The notes: generated by a model not told the origin, from the sequence alone. A DNA stretch of 63,953 nt, filler included, from Hydrolagus affinis (GCA_012026655.1; 5 parts of 5 records of this genome joined end to end with filler, not necessarily neighbours in it), one strand, 5' to 3'; positions 51,547-63,921 are shown, counted from the first letter of the whole stretch. A program made the numbers and translations.

Positions 51547-52937
51547 CACACTGTGACAGGAGACGAGATACACTGTACAAAAACTCAGCAGACAATCGTG
51601 AATTCCTCTCACACATTCAACTTGGTGCTGCCAACACACTGAGGTGGCTACGCTAATATAACAGGGAGGGCGGTGTACAGAGGCTGTGGAGGCCTGTAGT
51701 GCAGAGGTTGCAGTACTCGCCTTGCTCTCGAGTGGACCTGGCTTTGAATCCCAGGCGTTGGGAATCCTTAGGCAGTGTTCCATAATCTGGAGGAGCATAC
51801 AGCTTTGCTGATCGGATAGCAACTGCTCAGTAAACCTTTTTGTTCTGCCCAGAACATTCTTGTTAGTCCATGGGTGAATCGCTTTCCCTGGGTTTATAAT
51901 CCGTTAAATAAACACAATAATATAAATGTGATCACTCTACCGACGAATGTTTTGGGACACTGCTTTTCCCAATGTAATGTGTCTTGACACGCACTGTCAA
52001 GACACATTACAGTATATTATGCGAAACACTTTGAGACGTGCGAAAAATGTCGCTTAATCAAATCCAACGATATTTTTAAAAATATTGTTGCAGTGCCATA
52101 TAACAATAATCAAACTTCCTTTATATTTTATATTTTAATTTCCACTTAATACACTCAAAAGCGACTTAAATGCTGTGTATGATATATTACATTCGTGACT
52201 GATGTATTGGGCTGGCACTCCAGTGCATGTCTGGGGGTGTCTAGAAACGTCAGAGAAGCTGTCCTTGTGTTGAACTACCAAACAGAAGTCAAGTAGGTTT
52301 GTAAAAAAGGTCGGTAATGATCCCATGTCCCTGCTAGAGCAATACGAGGGTTTCTACTGATGACTGGGCAGACATTTCGTCAGCACAAATGTTTGTTCCC
52401 TTCACATACGATTGAGGGAACACTGTATTACATAAATTGACTGCTGTGGTTGCCAAACACACAATCACTGCCCTCGAGAGAAAAGCCTGTGTGGAGCTGT
52501 GAGAATCTTCCATGAATTGACTTGATAAGGATGTAGGCAAGCTATTTGTAAATCTAAATAACTCATTGAAGTGACATTTCGTCCGATAGTGCATTTGCTT
52601 AGAAACTTATCATAATAATATGAATAACAGTGACAGCTATATTTGGTTCAATTCTATGGAGCACGAGATTATGTCATTCAGTTGATTCAAAGCGATTGAA
52701 AGTCTATTCTGAAAAATCCAGTCACTTCCTCTCTTCACAAGTAGTCTCTTGTGAAATGAATTTGACACACGCAAAGACAGAGCAAATGAGAAGTCAGTGG
52801 AGGCTTCACCGAGACTACAGTTATGAACAGCGCAGTTAGCGGCACTCGGCAAACATTCATGAAGGTTTATCAGCAGTTAGTTGGTGTCTGCTTGCATTTC
52901 ATTTGGAGATTCCTACATGAATCTACGAGGATTGAAA

Positions 52938-53376
52938 ATGAAGCCAAGTTACCCAGCAACGTGTATTATTTTAAATTTCATGATTTCATTCTTCTGTAAG
53001 TAGAGTATGAGTTTGGAAATCTGCATTGATTTTTACCTATCTAATTACCAGTTTTGTTGCAGATATCTAACAATGTTCATTTTAATTCCTCAGGTGTCTT
53101 GGCTGAAAGTGAAGTGACACAGAGCCCTCAGGCACTGACAGGGAATGAAAATGGAAATGTATCTATAGATTGCAGAACCACTGAGTACGTGCAAACTTTT
53201 CAATGGTACAAACAGTATGGAAACGGCTCCATTGGGTTATTGGTGTTGGGAAAAAGGGAGGTGAAGGCGGAGGAGAGGATAAGTGCTTTGGCTGATACAA
53301 AAGAGAAGAATAGCACACTGACAATCAGAGGCTTGCGAGTGACAGACACCGCCACTTACTTCTGTGCAGCAGAGAG
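52938..53376 (+). CDS. TCR V segment, family A copy 5
   Basis: Leader 52938-52995. V exon 53094-53376 open. RSS cacagtg 53377, 23 bp, acaaaaaca 53407-53415. Confidence 0.92.
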
Positions 53377-55098
53377 CACAGTGCTGCGTGTCTAAGAGGA
53401 GCCTGTACAAAAACATGCTGCTGTATGTTACTGTAGCTCACTGGATATACCACTCGCCTTTTCGATCCATGAGCGTTTGTGGAACACTGCTGTGTGCAGT
53501 TGGCTTTCACATACAGACGGTAACATATACAGTTACCTCACTTCACTGTACAACAAGTAAAGCGCGTTGTAATGCCTCATTGACTTCATAAGGTGTTGTA
53601 TCAAATCCAAGTATTATTATTATTATTAATTTTTCTCTGCCGATCAGTAAGTTGGATCCCGGGTGACGGCCATTTGGTGGAGAGCCTTCCAGCGTGTAAT
53701 AATCCATGAAACAAAAATTGTCACCTCGATCCATCATTTTTTGTGAGACGATGCTGTGTGTAGTTCTCTGCCACAAAATACAGACCAATGCTAGACTTTG
53801 CANNNNNNNNNNNNNNNNNNNNNNNNNNNNNNNNNNNNNNNNNNNNTTAATTAATTAANNNNNNNNNNNNNNNNNNNNNNNNNNNNNNNNNNNNNNNNNN
53901 NNACTCCACACGCCTAATAATGATCCATCAACAAATACACAATAACAAAATTGGTCAATTCAAAACACGACTGTTTGTGGGACACTGCTGTGCGCAATTG
54001 GCTGCAGCGTTTCGCCCACATATATACAATCAATTCGTTTTACAGTATATTCTGTGAAGCTTTGAGACATCAATAAAATGTGAAAAGCGATTCATCAAAT
54101 GCAAGGATAAATAGTATTATTTGTATTAACATAATGAAGAGTATATATACACATATACAAATCAACGGTTTTGAAAACTGGTTTAAATGACAACTGTTGC
54201 ACCATATTACCTATTAGAATGGCAACCAGGGGCAGGAGCCCATTGAATCTCCCCATTGCGATAGCTCACTCCAAAATTGCGATGTTATGTGTCAATGTAT
54301 TGGTGTTGATCTGAGACATACAGCTCTGAGACAGGTGACGCTTGATCGCGATAACCTCACTTCCTAATCCTGTGATGTGGACATCAACTGATCAGTGTGC
54401 TAGCGATGTCAATAAGTCACAGCTCATCCTCTGTGGAAAGAGATGGTGGAGCGAATCTTAGTTGAACTAATTCAGTTTGGCGACAGGCGATGTTTAAGTA
54501 TAATAACACATGTGGTATTTGGTATTACTTTCTGTTTTAACGTTGAAGCAACTCCAAGCGTTCCACACAATACAATCTCAAGAGTAGTGACTTTAGACCA
54601 TGTTTGTATGTAGTCATGATATTACATGGAATGATTTAAAGGTGAGGAACTTGTAACGGACGAGCTGTGGACTGGATATCAATGAATCTGGGATGGAATC
54701 AGAGCAAAAACTCGTAAAATCGCGAAACGCTGCAGCCAAATTGCGAACAGTCTTGTCCAACAAACAGTCATGGCAGTGGGATTAGGGGTAAAAGGGGGTA
54801 AAATGGCAAGGGGTTGGGTCGGGGTAGGGGGAAGGAGAGCATGATCCGAAAGGTTGACTTAATTTTTCGTTCTCCATATTTGCTTCCTGGCCTGCTGATT
54901 GTTCCCAGCCATTTATGATTTTGTTTCAGATTTCCAGCCTCTGCAATATTTTGCGTGTTTATTCAGGCAGAATATATTCATGGGAGTTCAGCTAGTTAGT
55001 CACACGTATTGAGTCGCTATTACTGAATATAATCGGCTACGAATTAATCTCTCGAGACACCGTCTGGCATGGAGGACGCTATGTAGATGCAAGTTGTT

Positions 55099-55242
55099 GT
55101 TGGTGATCTCTTTGTCCATGTCAATTGTGGTCAGCTTCATTTTGTAGCTTGGGCGCATGTGGAGACCCATGTTGGTGATCTCTTTGTTCATGTCAATTGT
55201 GCTCAGCTTCATTTTGGAGCTTGGACGCATGTGGAAATCCAT
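55099..55242. repeat. Two-copy 72-bp tandem repeat
   Basis: gttggtgatctctttgt.. starts at 55099 and at 55171. Confidence 0.85.
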
Positions 55243-55820
55243 GACGATGCTTAAGCGTATCCAAACCAGATAGAGCATTCCATTCATACCATCATTGCTA
55301 TGGGCTAACTCAACAATTATTCTTGCGCTTGATATGATGCGTTTAGTGTCCAATACTCAGAGTTTAGAGCGCTCGTACGGCAAGAAAAAGCCATGCGTTT
55401 GCCACAGAGCAAGCCAAAATTTGGACAAGCTGATTTACTCCTCTGTTGATGCCTCTGTTTAATTAGCATTAAAATGGAACCCGTTTGTTAGTCGAATGGC
55501 CGATCACTAATATTGGAATAATAACCACTCAATATATGACAATGATTAGGTCACTCAATCCACAATTGTTCATGGAACACTGCTATGCACATTTGGCTGC
55601 TACACGACCCTCATAAAAATGACAGTCATTTCCCATTTTTGTGTATTCTATGTAAAATTTTGGTGGGTATCGAATACGTGATCAGTTGCTATTCTAAACA
55701 AAAGGATTAGGATTCGTTGTCCTCATGTCTTCGAGAATCTCACACTACTTCGCAAAATACGTGTATCGACTATATTTCTTTTAGTGTGATTTGAAGTCAG
55801 GAAATCAACACGATGCATTG

Positions 55821-55834
55821 GCGCCCTCCAGTGG
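55821..55834 (-). promoter_or_regulatory. CTCF core-motif match, reverse orientation
   Basis: Minus strand CCACTGGAGGGCGC (13/14), co-oriented with the minus-strand V genes. Confidence 0.45.
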
Positions 55835-56159
55835 TCAACGTATAATAGTTCAGCTCTGTCTTCATATTTGATGTAAAACGTGACATAGTGCAATCATAGA
55901 AATAATAATGTTTTGTACGTTCCAGTGTCTTACGCCAGCTCCTAATACAGTAAAACACTAGCCTACCACTCGTACATTTTTATCCTCCAATAAATAGTAT
56001 TGTTGATGATAATAATCTTTTCATGTGACATAGTGCCTAATCACATCTTCAAGATACGTGAAAGCGAATCACAGTATCTGCAGTGAAGTGAATTAACTCT
56101 ATATTTGAATTAACACTATATATCGCCAGAATCCATTGAATCTCATCCTCCAGAGGATC

Positions 56160-56580
56160 AAATCAAGATAAGCATCCTCACACTTAAAGCCTTTCAGTAC
56201 CTCGCCTCAAACCTATATCCATGACCTCCTATACCATTATCAACTTGCGCATCTCCACCGCTCATGATGCTGTGGACTGCTCTACATCCCCCGAGCCAAC
56301 TGCCCAACCAATGGCAGGCGAGCTTTTAGCTACTCTGCCCCACACCTCTACAACTGCATACCGCAGTCCCTCCGCTTCGTCCCTTCTCTGGCATCCTGCA
56401 GGTCTCGACTGAAGAATCTCCTCTTCGATGGAACCACCACCAACTCCTAATCCCGCCCTTCCATCATTTTGCTCCCACCCACCCGTCGTCAGCTCGGGTG
56501 CGATGCAGTAACTGCCCAGGGAATGCGAATGTCCGCCGGACGTGAAGGGCGCTGTACAAATCAATTTTGTTGCTGCCGTT
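56160..56580 (+). mobile_element. L2-type LINE 3' fragment
   Basis: aggatcaaatcaagataagcatcctcacactt.. and tail gacgtgaagggcgctgtacaaat. Confidence 0.65.
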
Positions 56581-57055
56581 TTTCGTTACATAGCTACTTT
56601 ACTGCTGGATAGTTGGCTGTTTAATTTTGGAAGAAGATTGAAAGAAATTTAGGAGCTGGAGGTGATGATTTGGAGAGTCTGCGCATTCTTTCAAAATACT
56701 ACTGCAATTCTTGCTTGTTACACTGTTGACTATTGGTCCAAAGATAGAATAAATGGAAAGAAACATGGTATTTGCAAACTGAATTAAATAAATAGCGGCT
56801 GGACATGTAGCGCCCAACTCGTTCACTAATTGCTGTCTGCATTTATTGTAACGTATAATGTTCTGAGAGTTTAGCTGACAAGCTAATGGGAGGGGAATGT
56901 AGTTTCCTCTGAGTCTGGCTGCTGAAGTGACTGTTCCCCGCAGGGCCTCATGACCTGACCAAGATTCCGCACAAGTTTCGAACACACGGCTCGTCCCCTA
57001 TGTTTAATATGAAGATAGTTATTGTTAGAGCCCTGCAGTGTAGCCAACCACAGTG

Positions 57056-57844
57056 GTGCGACTGAAGGCACAGTGATACCCTGCGCTGTCAGGTAGCAGC
57101 AGCTCAGAGATGGATAAACTGGTGGAAGAACTAGATTTCTGTAACTGAGCAGAGAAACTGTTTCCAAATCCTGTGCCTTTGACTGGATCATTAGTCCAGG
57201 ATATACTCTGGACTATAAATTCTGGGTGTTTGTCTGGGTAATGTCTGTACCAGAAGAGATAGTAAGTTTTTGCAGTAGTGGAGTATGTGCAAACCAAATC
57301 GACGATATCTCCTGCTTTCTGAACCGTTGTGGCAGCTTTCTGACTGACAGAATCGGCGTCACAGAGTTCTGCAATAAACGAGGGAAAGCACAGCTAAACA
57401 TTCATAGAATAATAGAATCTTATGGCAATAAAGGAGGCAATTCGGCCAATCGAGTCTGTGCCGGCTCTTTCAAAAGAGCAATTCAATCCCACTCCCCAGG
57501 TCTCTCTCCCCACAACTGTGCATACTGCCATTCACAAATAAACATCTACATCTCTTTTAAAATACATTTTTACATCGGCCACACCTACCGTTTCAGGCAA
57601 TGCATTCCAGCTCCCAAAAACGGGATGAATGAAAACACGTTTCCTCAACTCCCCTGTACTTCTATGAGAAACTATTAGGTAACCTCAATTGTGGACTGAT
57701 TGCTCAGTCCACTCAGCTTCAGGTCTCCCTCCAACAATTGTTGTTGAAATGGAGCTGTTAGTCAGCAGCGACACTGAATTAGCTCAACACGACCTCACCT
57801 GCCGTAAAGGTTTCCAGCACTAGACAGACAGCAAACAGCCTCAT
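57056..57844 (-). CDS. TCR V segment (WYRH type, inverted orientation)
   Basis: Leader 57844-57799 (MRLFAVCLVLETFTA, donor gtgagg). V exon 57368-57056 (..LVCTYS..WYRHYP..DSAGYHCAFSRT). RSS cactgtg 57055-57049, 23 bp, acaataact 57025-57017. Confidence 0.88.
57400..57660 (-). mobile_element. CR1-type LINE 3' end
   Basis: catagaataatagaat..ggaggcaattcggcc = reverse of (ATTCTRTG)n tail. Similar copies at ~14120 and ~58345. Confidence 0.6.
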
Positions 57845-58941
57845 TGCTGCTCCTCAGCCTTCGCTGTTGTGTCGGGGATATCAGTTTGCTGGTAACCAAC
57901 AGCAATATGCGTCACTGACAGATCCCACAGTCCCACGTCACCTAATTGACAACTCAATTGCTTTTACATTGTGTATTACTCCATTACTGTCTGTGTTATT
58001 GTGGCGTGGGCGGGTGGGATGTGGGGAGAAGGGAATCCTCCCACTCAGCTCCTGGTAACCTTACAATCAAAACTTACAAATATACAGTCAATTCACTTAC
58101 CAGTATATATTTCGTGAAGCGCTTTGAGACGTAGATAATCGGTGAAAAGCGCTATTTTGCCTTTATAATCAAATGCAAGAATTATTCATATTATTCTAAT
58201 CCAATAAATGATGGTCTTGAACATCGGATTAGTTTATGTATACACAAATGGATAAAGCGTTATTAATTTCACTCCAAGTAATGTTTGTATTAATTCAAAC
58301 ACTTCCTCCATCTTATAGCTCAATGGCACTTTTATTTAATAGATTCATAGATTCATAGAATTTTACGGCACAAAAGGAGGCCATTCGGCCCATCTAGTCT
58401 GTCCGGCTCTTTGAAAAGAGCGATTCAGTCCCCCTGCACGCTCCCCCATAGCCTAATAGACCTGTTCTCCCTAAATAAAGATCTAATTCCCTTTTAAAAG
58501 TTGTTATCGAATCAGCCTCCACCATGTTTTCAGTCAATGCATTCCAGATTCGAACAATTCGCTGAGTGAAAAAAATTATCCTCAGCTCTCCTCTTAAACT
58601 TCTGAAAGTTGTAAAATTACATTTTTAATCCATTCTAATTCCTTCATTTATCCCCAGTGTTGTTTCGCACATTACATATTTCCAGAAACAGCAGTGCTAT
58701 ATGAATAATTCTTTACTTTGTTATAGTATGCTTAAATAATTCACGACATTAAGCCATGTGACATTATGTGGCCCTTGTTTTATTGCATTTGGTTGGGAAT
58801 TGATCATGTGATTCCTCTGAGAGTCACAGCAGAAACGTCAAATAGGACAACTGACAGGAATGACATCTGTTCTGTGATTAAACCCATTTTCTTCTCTTGG
58901 TATGTTTATGTACGGTGGTGTAGCCTGAAGGTAACACTGTG

Positions 58942-59400
58942 CGAGTGATGCCACAATAGTATGTGGCTGAATCAGATAGTGCCGCAGCCAGCACAGTTAC
59001 AGTGGATGTCTTGCTGCTCGTGTCCAAACTAGTGGTGAAAAGATCTTCAGCAAATTCATCTCTGAAAGTGTCCCCATCATAATCATGTCTCAATGTGTAC
59101 AGAGGAGGCTGGCCTGGATACTGACGGTACCAGTACATTAAAACACCGGTGAAACCAGCAGAGTAGGTCCATCTCAGGGTCACAGTCTGGCCTTCAGTGA
59201 CAGTACTGTGATGTCACAGGCCTCTGTGATGGTTCAATATTATCTCCATTCGCTGTCGCTGTAGCCAGAGAGAACAAGTTATTCACTGTATCGCACACAC
59301 CAGAGACAAATCTCCAAATTTTCTTTAGAGCGAGAGTAAATTACTTACATAAAAGGGCCAATAACATTAAAATGATCAAAGCAGTGTGTTTACTCTCCAT
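58942..59400 (-). pseudogene. TCR V pseudogene (inverted orientation)
   Basis: Leader 59400-59349. V exon from 59258 with an FR1 frameshift/stop near 59215-59195 and first Cys -> Trp (LRWTYS). RSS cacagtg 58941-58935, 23 bp, acataaaca 58911-58903. Confidence 0.85.
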
Positions 59401-62039
59401 GTTTCCAAACGAGCAAGTCATTCCATGGGAGCTTTTTGAGATGAGAGATTATGCCCTGAATTGTGACTCAAAGCAGAGTGAGGAGCAGTGTGGACCACAG
59501 CACCGATGGATGCTCCTCTGTGTCAGATGATTACAGCTTCAAACCGCACCACCGGATTTGTGAAACCTAACTATTCAGATGACGCTCCAACGCCTTGTGA
59601 CGTAGAAATAACAATGAAATTTCTTCTTGTTGTTCTGATGCAATGCTGCCAGTTTACTGCTTTAATTGAAGTATAATTTTTCTACTCTCCTTCATCCTTC
59701 CCCGACCCCTCCCGCAGTGTTCTTGTCTCTACCCAATTGTACGTCGCCTTGGGACGCCCTCTTGACCTGAAAGGCGCTATATAAATGTAAGTTTTAGTTG
59801 ATTTACTTACCAAATTGTGAAGTCCTATAGATCCGTGGTTAAAATAATCGTATCACAAGCGAGACCCAAGGTGCTGTAATTAATTTATTTGCTGGAAACA
59901 TTGTGGTAATAATAAATATAATCCTTGCGTTTGACATAGCGCTTTTCACAACTTGTCTGAAGCTCAAAAAGTGCTTCACACAATGTACTGTTAAGTGAAT
60001 TGACTGTATACTTGTGAGCGAAACGCGGCAGCCAATTGCATACAACAGCGTTCCACACAAACAGTCGAGGATTGAAATTGTTGCTTTATATTTGGTGGGA
60101 TTACTATTAGCCGTCTGGAGTAAAGAAAATTGCCCAAGTTTTCGCACTCAACTACATGGGTTCAATCAGTCAATGAATCAATCATATATGTGATTGTCTA
60201 TAGCGCCTTTCAGGTCAAGAGGACGTCGCAAGGCGCTGTACACTGAGGTAGGGATAAGAGTATGGGAAGTGCACTCGGAGCAGGATGAAGAAGAGTAAGA
60301 AATTTGACTGTATATTTGTGGGCGAAACGCGTCAACCAAAATTGCGCACAGCAGAGTCCCATAAACAATCGTAGAATTGAAACAAAGGGAAAAGGGGCGG
60401 AAATATGGCAAGAGGAGGTGCCGGGGTATTGGGGTAGGGGGAACGAGAGTAGGAAAGCCGACTCTATACCTGTGGTTGAAACATGGCAACAAATTGCGCA
60501 CAGCATTGTCCCACAAACAGTCGCGGATGTATAGCCAGAACGAGAAAGGGGGTAAAGAGGGAACGGAGGGAGAGAGACTGAAAGCTGGGGAGGGGAAAGC
60601 TCAAGGAGGAAGAGGGGAGAGAAAAAGGGTGTAAGAGATAGAGGCAGCGAAATTTGGGTGTGTGGCAAGATCAGGGAGAAAGTGGGGTAAGAGAGAAAAT
60701 GGAGGGAAGGGGAAAAGAGGGGAGAACACAGGTCTCACACTTGTAAGGCGAGTGCTACATTGAGTTCCACAATAGTGTTTTGTGAGTAAAAAGCAATGAA
60801 ATACATCAAGTGCAGATTGCATTTTGATGAACAAAAGCCTTGTGATAATCAGCTTATTGATGAAGCTTTGTGCAATTCTGATCAAGCAGCAATAGTGTAG
60901 TGATGGAACAGGAAACAGCTGTGAGAGCTGCCAATGACGTTAGTTACAGCAAAGCACATGGCAGTTATATCAGTTATATCAGTTATATCAGTTGCACCTG
61001 AGGTTATTACGTGTGGTTACTTCGCCAACTGGTGGTGGTTTGCAGCTACAGCAGGTTTACAATGGAGACATTTGAAAGCAAATTGTTTCAGGACTGTCTT
61101 GAATTCTCTCGTTGTTTCTCATCCCGTGGAAGGATATACTTTCCTCTCGTTCGCTGCTTGTTCCTCGCGTTTTACCAGCTATACTAGAAAATTGGACGCG
61201 AATTTTATCCACAATCTCTTGGCGTATTCGCGCTCACACTTGTGCCATCCACCCACTCACCCCCACCCCTCCCCCACCACACATCCACCCACCACACCCA
61301 CCAATTTAAGTTAATTATTTGACTATTGCCAGTACCTGTTTATATTATTTGACTGAACATTGAGTTTACATTGGTCATGTTACAGAATCGCATCCAAGAG
61401 TTTACATGTATAAAGAATCTTTTCCATTGGGAGAAGTTCCAAAGGCAATTTATTCTCCAGGCAAACTATTTATTATACAATAATAGCGAAATAAACAAAC
61501 TATTTGCATCATTCTATTTTACATCACTACTACAATTTGTGTTCTCTCTTTCCTGCATCGTCGAATGGTAGCATCGTGTGTTTAGTGTGGACTTTGAATC
61601 CTGGCTTTACTTGAACCAGTTATACGTTGGCAACGTGAATTGAGTTAGTCAGTAATCCATGCCTCGTTCGCAGAATATTCCGAATCTCATATTTTGGACA
61701 GAAGAAAAAACAGTGAACTGCTTCTGGATTATGCTCATGTTACATCTTTAGCGACAACCATTCTGGAAGCGATGCATGTTTTTTCTCACTGTGAATAAAA
61801 CTGGGACCAAAGCGTTGCAAATTTCCTACTAAATTCATCCCTCTTGCCTCGTGACACCCCACCACCACCCCTCTCAATTACCTCTCCTCACATTCGGGCT
61901 AAAAGTCGTTCTGTACGACAAATCCTCCTGTCACCAGAAAGTTCTGGAACAAGCTCCGTCACTGTTTATTACTGTAGAACACTGCAGCACGAAATGGGCT
62001 TAATGGAAACAGGAGAAGGCCTCTCAACCCCCCGCAGAC

Positions 62040-62530
62040 GGTTCAGAGATTCCGCGGACCATTCAAAACTCCGTGACCTAATCTCCCCCCATCCTCGACT
62101 GACTCCATTGGCTTCCCATCATCCAGAGGATCCAATTCAAGACCATGGTCCTCACAGTTAAAGCCCTCCACAGCCTCGCCCCACCCAACATCAATGAACT
62201 TGTAACCTGTTACCTACATGCCAGCCCCTCCGATCAGCAGCCACTCGCCTGCTCCACGCATCCCGACCCACCTGCCCAACTCCTGGCGAAAGGGCAAGGC
62301 TTCAGTCACACTGCCCCCAACTTCCATTCTGCAGTCCCTCTGCCTCGCCCCCTTCCTGTCCTACGTCAATTCTCGACTCAACGCTCTCCTCTTCAATCGA
62401 CCAATCGCAATACATCTTCCCCCCCCTCCACACCCCCACCCACCACCGCCACAGGTCCCCAGTTCATTATGACTAGCGAGCGTCTCGGGACGTCCTCCTG
62501 ACATGAAAGGCGCAATACAAATATAATTTT
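62040..62530 (+). mobile_element. L2-type LINE 3' fragment
   Basis: ctccattggcttccc..ggatccaattcaag.. (LHWLP..RIQFK-like) and tail gacgtcctcctgacatgaaaggcgc. Confidence 0.72.
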
Positions 62531-63608
62531 GTTATTGTTGTTACACCGGGGCTGAACTGTACCTCAACTTAAATTACATTTCTTTACCTCATATTCTACC
62601 ATGCCTTAACATATATCGATTGCCCTCAGTTTGGAAATTTAAATTGATGCCGCATCCACCTCTTTTTGGGAAGAGGATTCCAGAATTAATCTACCATTTG
62701 CTTGAAATAAATGCCTCCCGATTTCTCTGCCAAAGATTGCTATCACGCCTTTAAATTTAACATAAAGCCAACATCAGCCGTTTTGCCCCCAACCTCCGGA
62801 ATGTCCTTTGGCCTCGCTGCATCATTGGCTTTCTTCAAGCCTTGCCTCAAGACTCTCCACTTCGATGGTCCCATCGGCATATCCTCATCCCTCCCTTCCA
62901 CTCCCCCCTCCTCGTCCTCAGCTCGGGTCTGAAGCAGTAACTGCCCAGCGCCTTGAGACGTCCTCCTGACGTGAAAGGTGTTATGTAAATGTAAACTTGT
63001 TGTTGTTAATCTGTTTTACCTCCAGTCACTGGTGGAAAGTTTCGCTGACACTATAGGACTTAAGTTATATTTAAAGAACATAAACGTAGCTTGTTGATTT
63101 TTCAGATTTCCTACTTATTAATTTACCACAGAAAAGCACGTGCATGTGACATTGCTCCCCATAAAATACCTGATTAAATTTATTAACAATTATTCTAATT
63201 CATGTAATGTATCTCTATGAAATACACTGTGTAGCAACTCATTACGTATTGAGTGGGAGAAACGTGGCAGCCAATTCAGCACACCAGTTTTCCATTGGTT
63301 TGAATGACCAGCTTGTAGATGGTTGTACAGTAGTCTTATTTTCAAACAGTTATTTTTATTTTGTTAACGGATGAGTAACGCTAAGAAATAAGAAGCCAAT
63401 CGACATCCAAGCGGGTTACTAGTTAACGCGAGGCAAACAAAGGCGTGTGGTTGAAATAAAAAATGTTTGTGTACAGTACAGAATGTTTTGCTCTGCAATG
63501 AATGGAACCCAGGTGCGCTCGCTTGCAAAGCGAATGCTCTAACCACTGAGCTGCAGGCCTCAGCATGTGGGTTTTTGTACGGCAGGAACACTGATCTGTG
63601 CCTCTGTG

Positions 63609-63921
63609 GGGCTCAGCGCACAGTAATACACAGAAGAGTCTGCCACTGTCACTAGCGATATATTCAATTGCACGGTTCGCCGCGCTTTATCCAAGTTAGT
63701 TGAGAAACGTTCTTTTGCAAATTCTGCAGGATATTCCTTGTTGTTGCTGGTGTATACGTAAAGGATATATTCTGGAGCTTTGTTGGGATAGTGACGGTAC
63801 CAGAAAATATATGGATCGCTGCCGATTGTAGCTGTATAATTACACAGCAGATAGGCATATTCTCCTTCATTCACTTTCACAGCAGATTGGAGCTGTGTCA
63901 CAGAGTCTCCTCCACAAAGCC
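63609..63921 (-). CDS. TCR V segment, family B (inverted orientation; leader outside the window)
   Basis: Acceptor tttccAG. Open exon ..LLCNYT..WYRHYP..DSSVYYCALSP. RSS cacagag 63608-63602, 23 bp, acaaaaacc 63578-63570. Confidence 0.9.

Noticed and set aside
54489-54540. Leader-like MFKYNNTCGIWYYFLF
   Set aside because: Ends in a stop without a splice donor, and no V exon follows.
60540-60725. Long purine-rich tract
   Set aside because: Reverse complement of the pyrimidine-rich 3' region typical of the LINE/SINE copies here; no independent structure.
627-63870. Most short ORFs in the supplied track; CRISPR arrays, rRNA or prokaryotic systems
   Set aside because: ORFs outside the listed exons are antisense shadows, repeat-derived or low complexity. 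No repeat-spacer arrays or rRNA signatures were seen, and the window is intron-containing vertebrate DNA.
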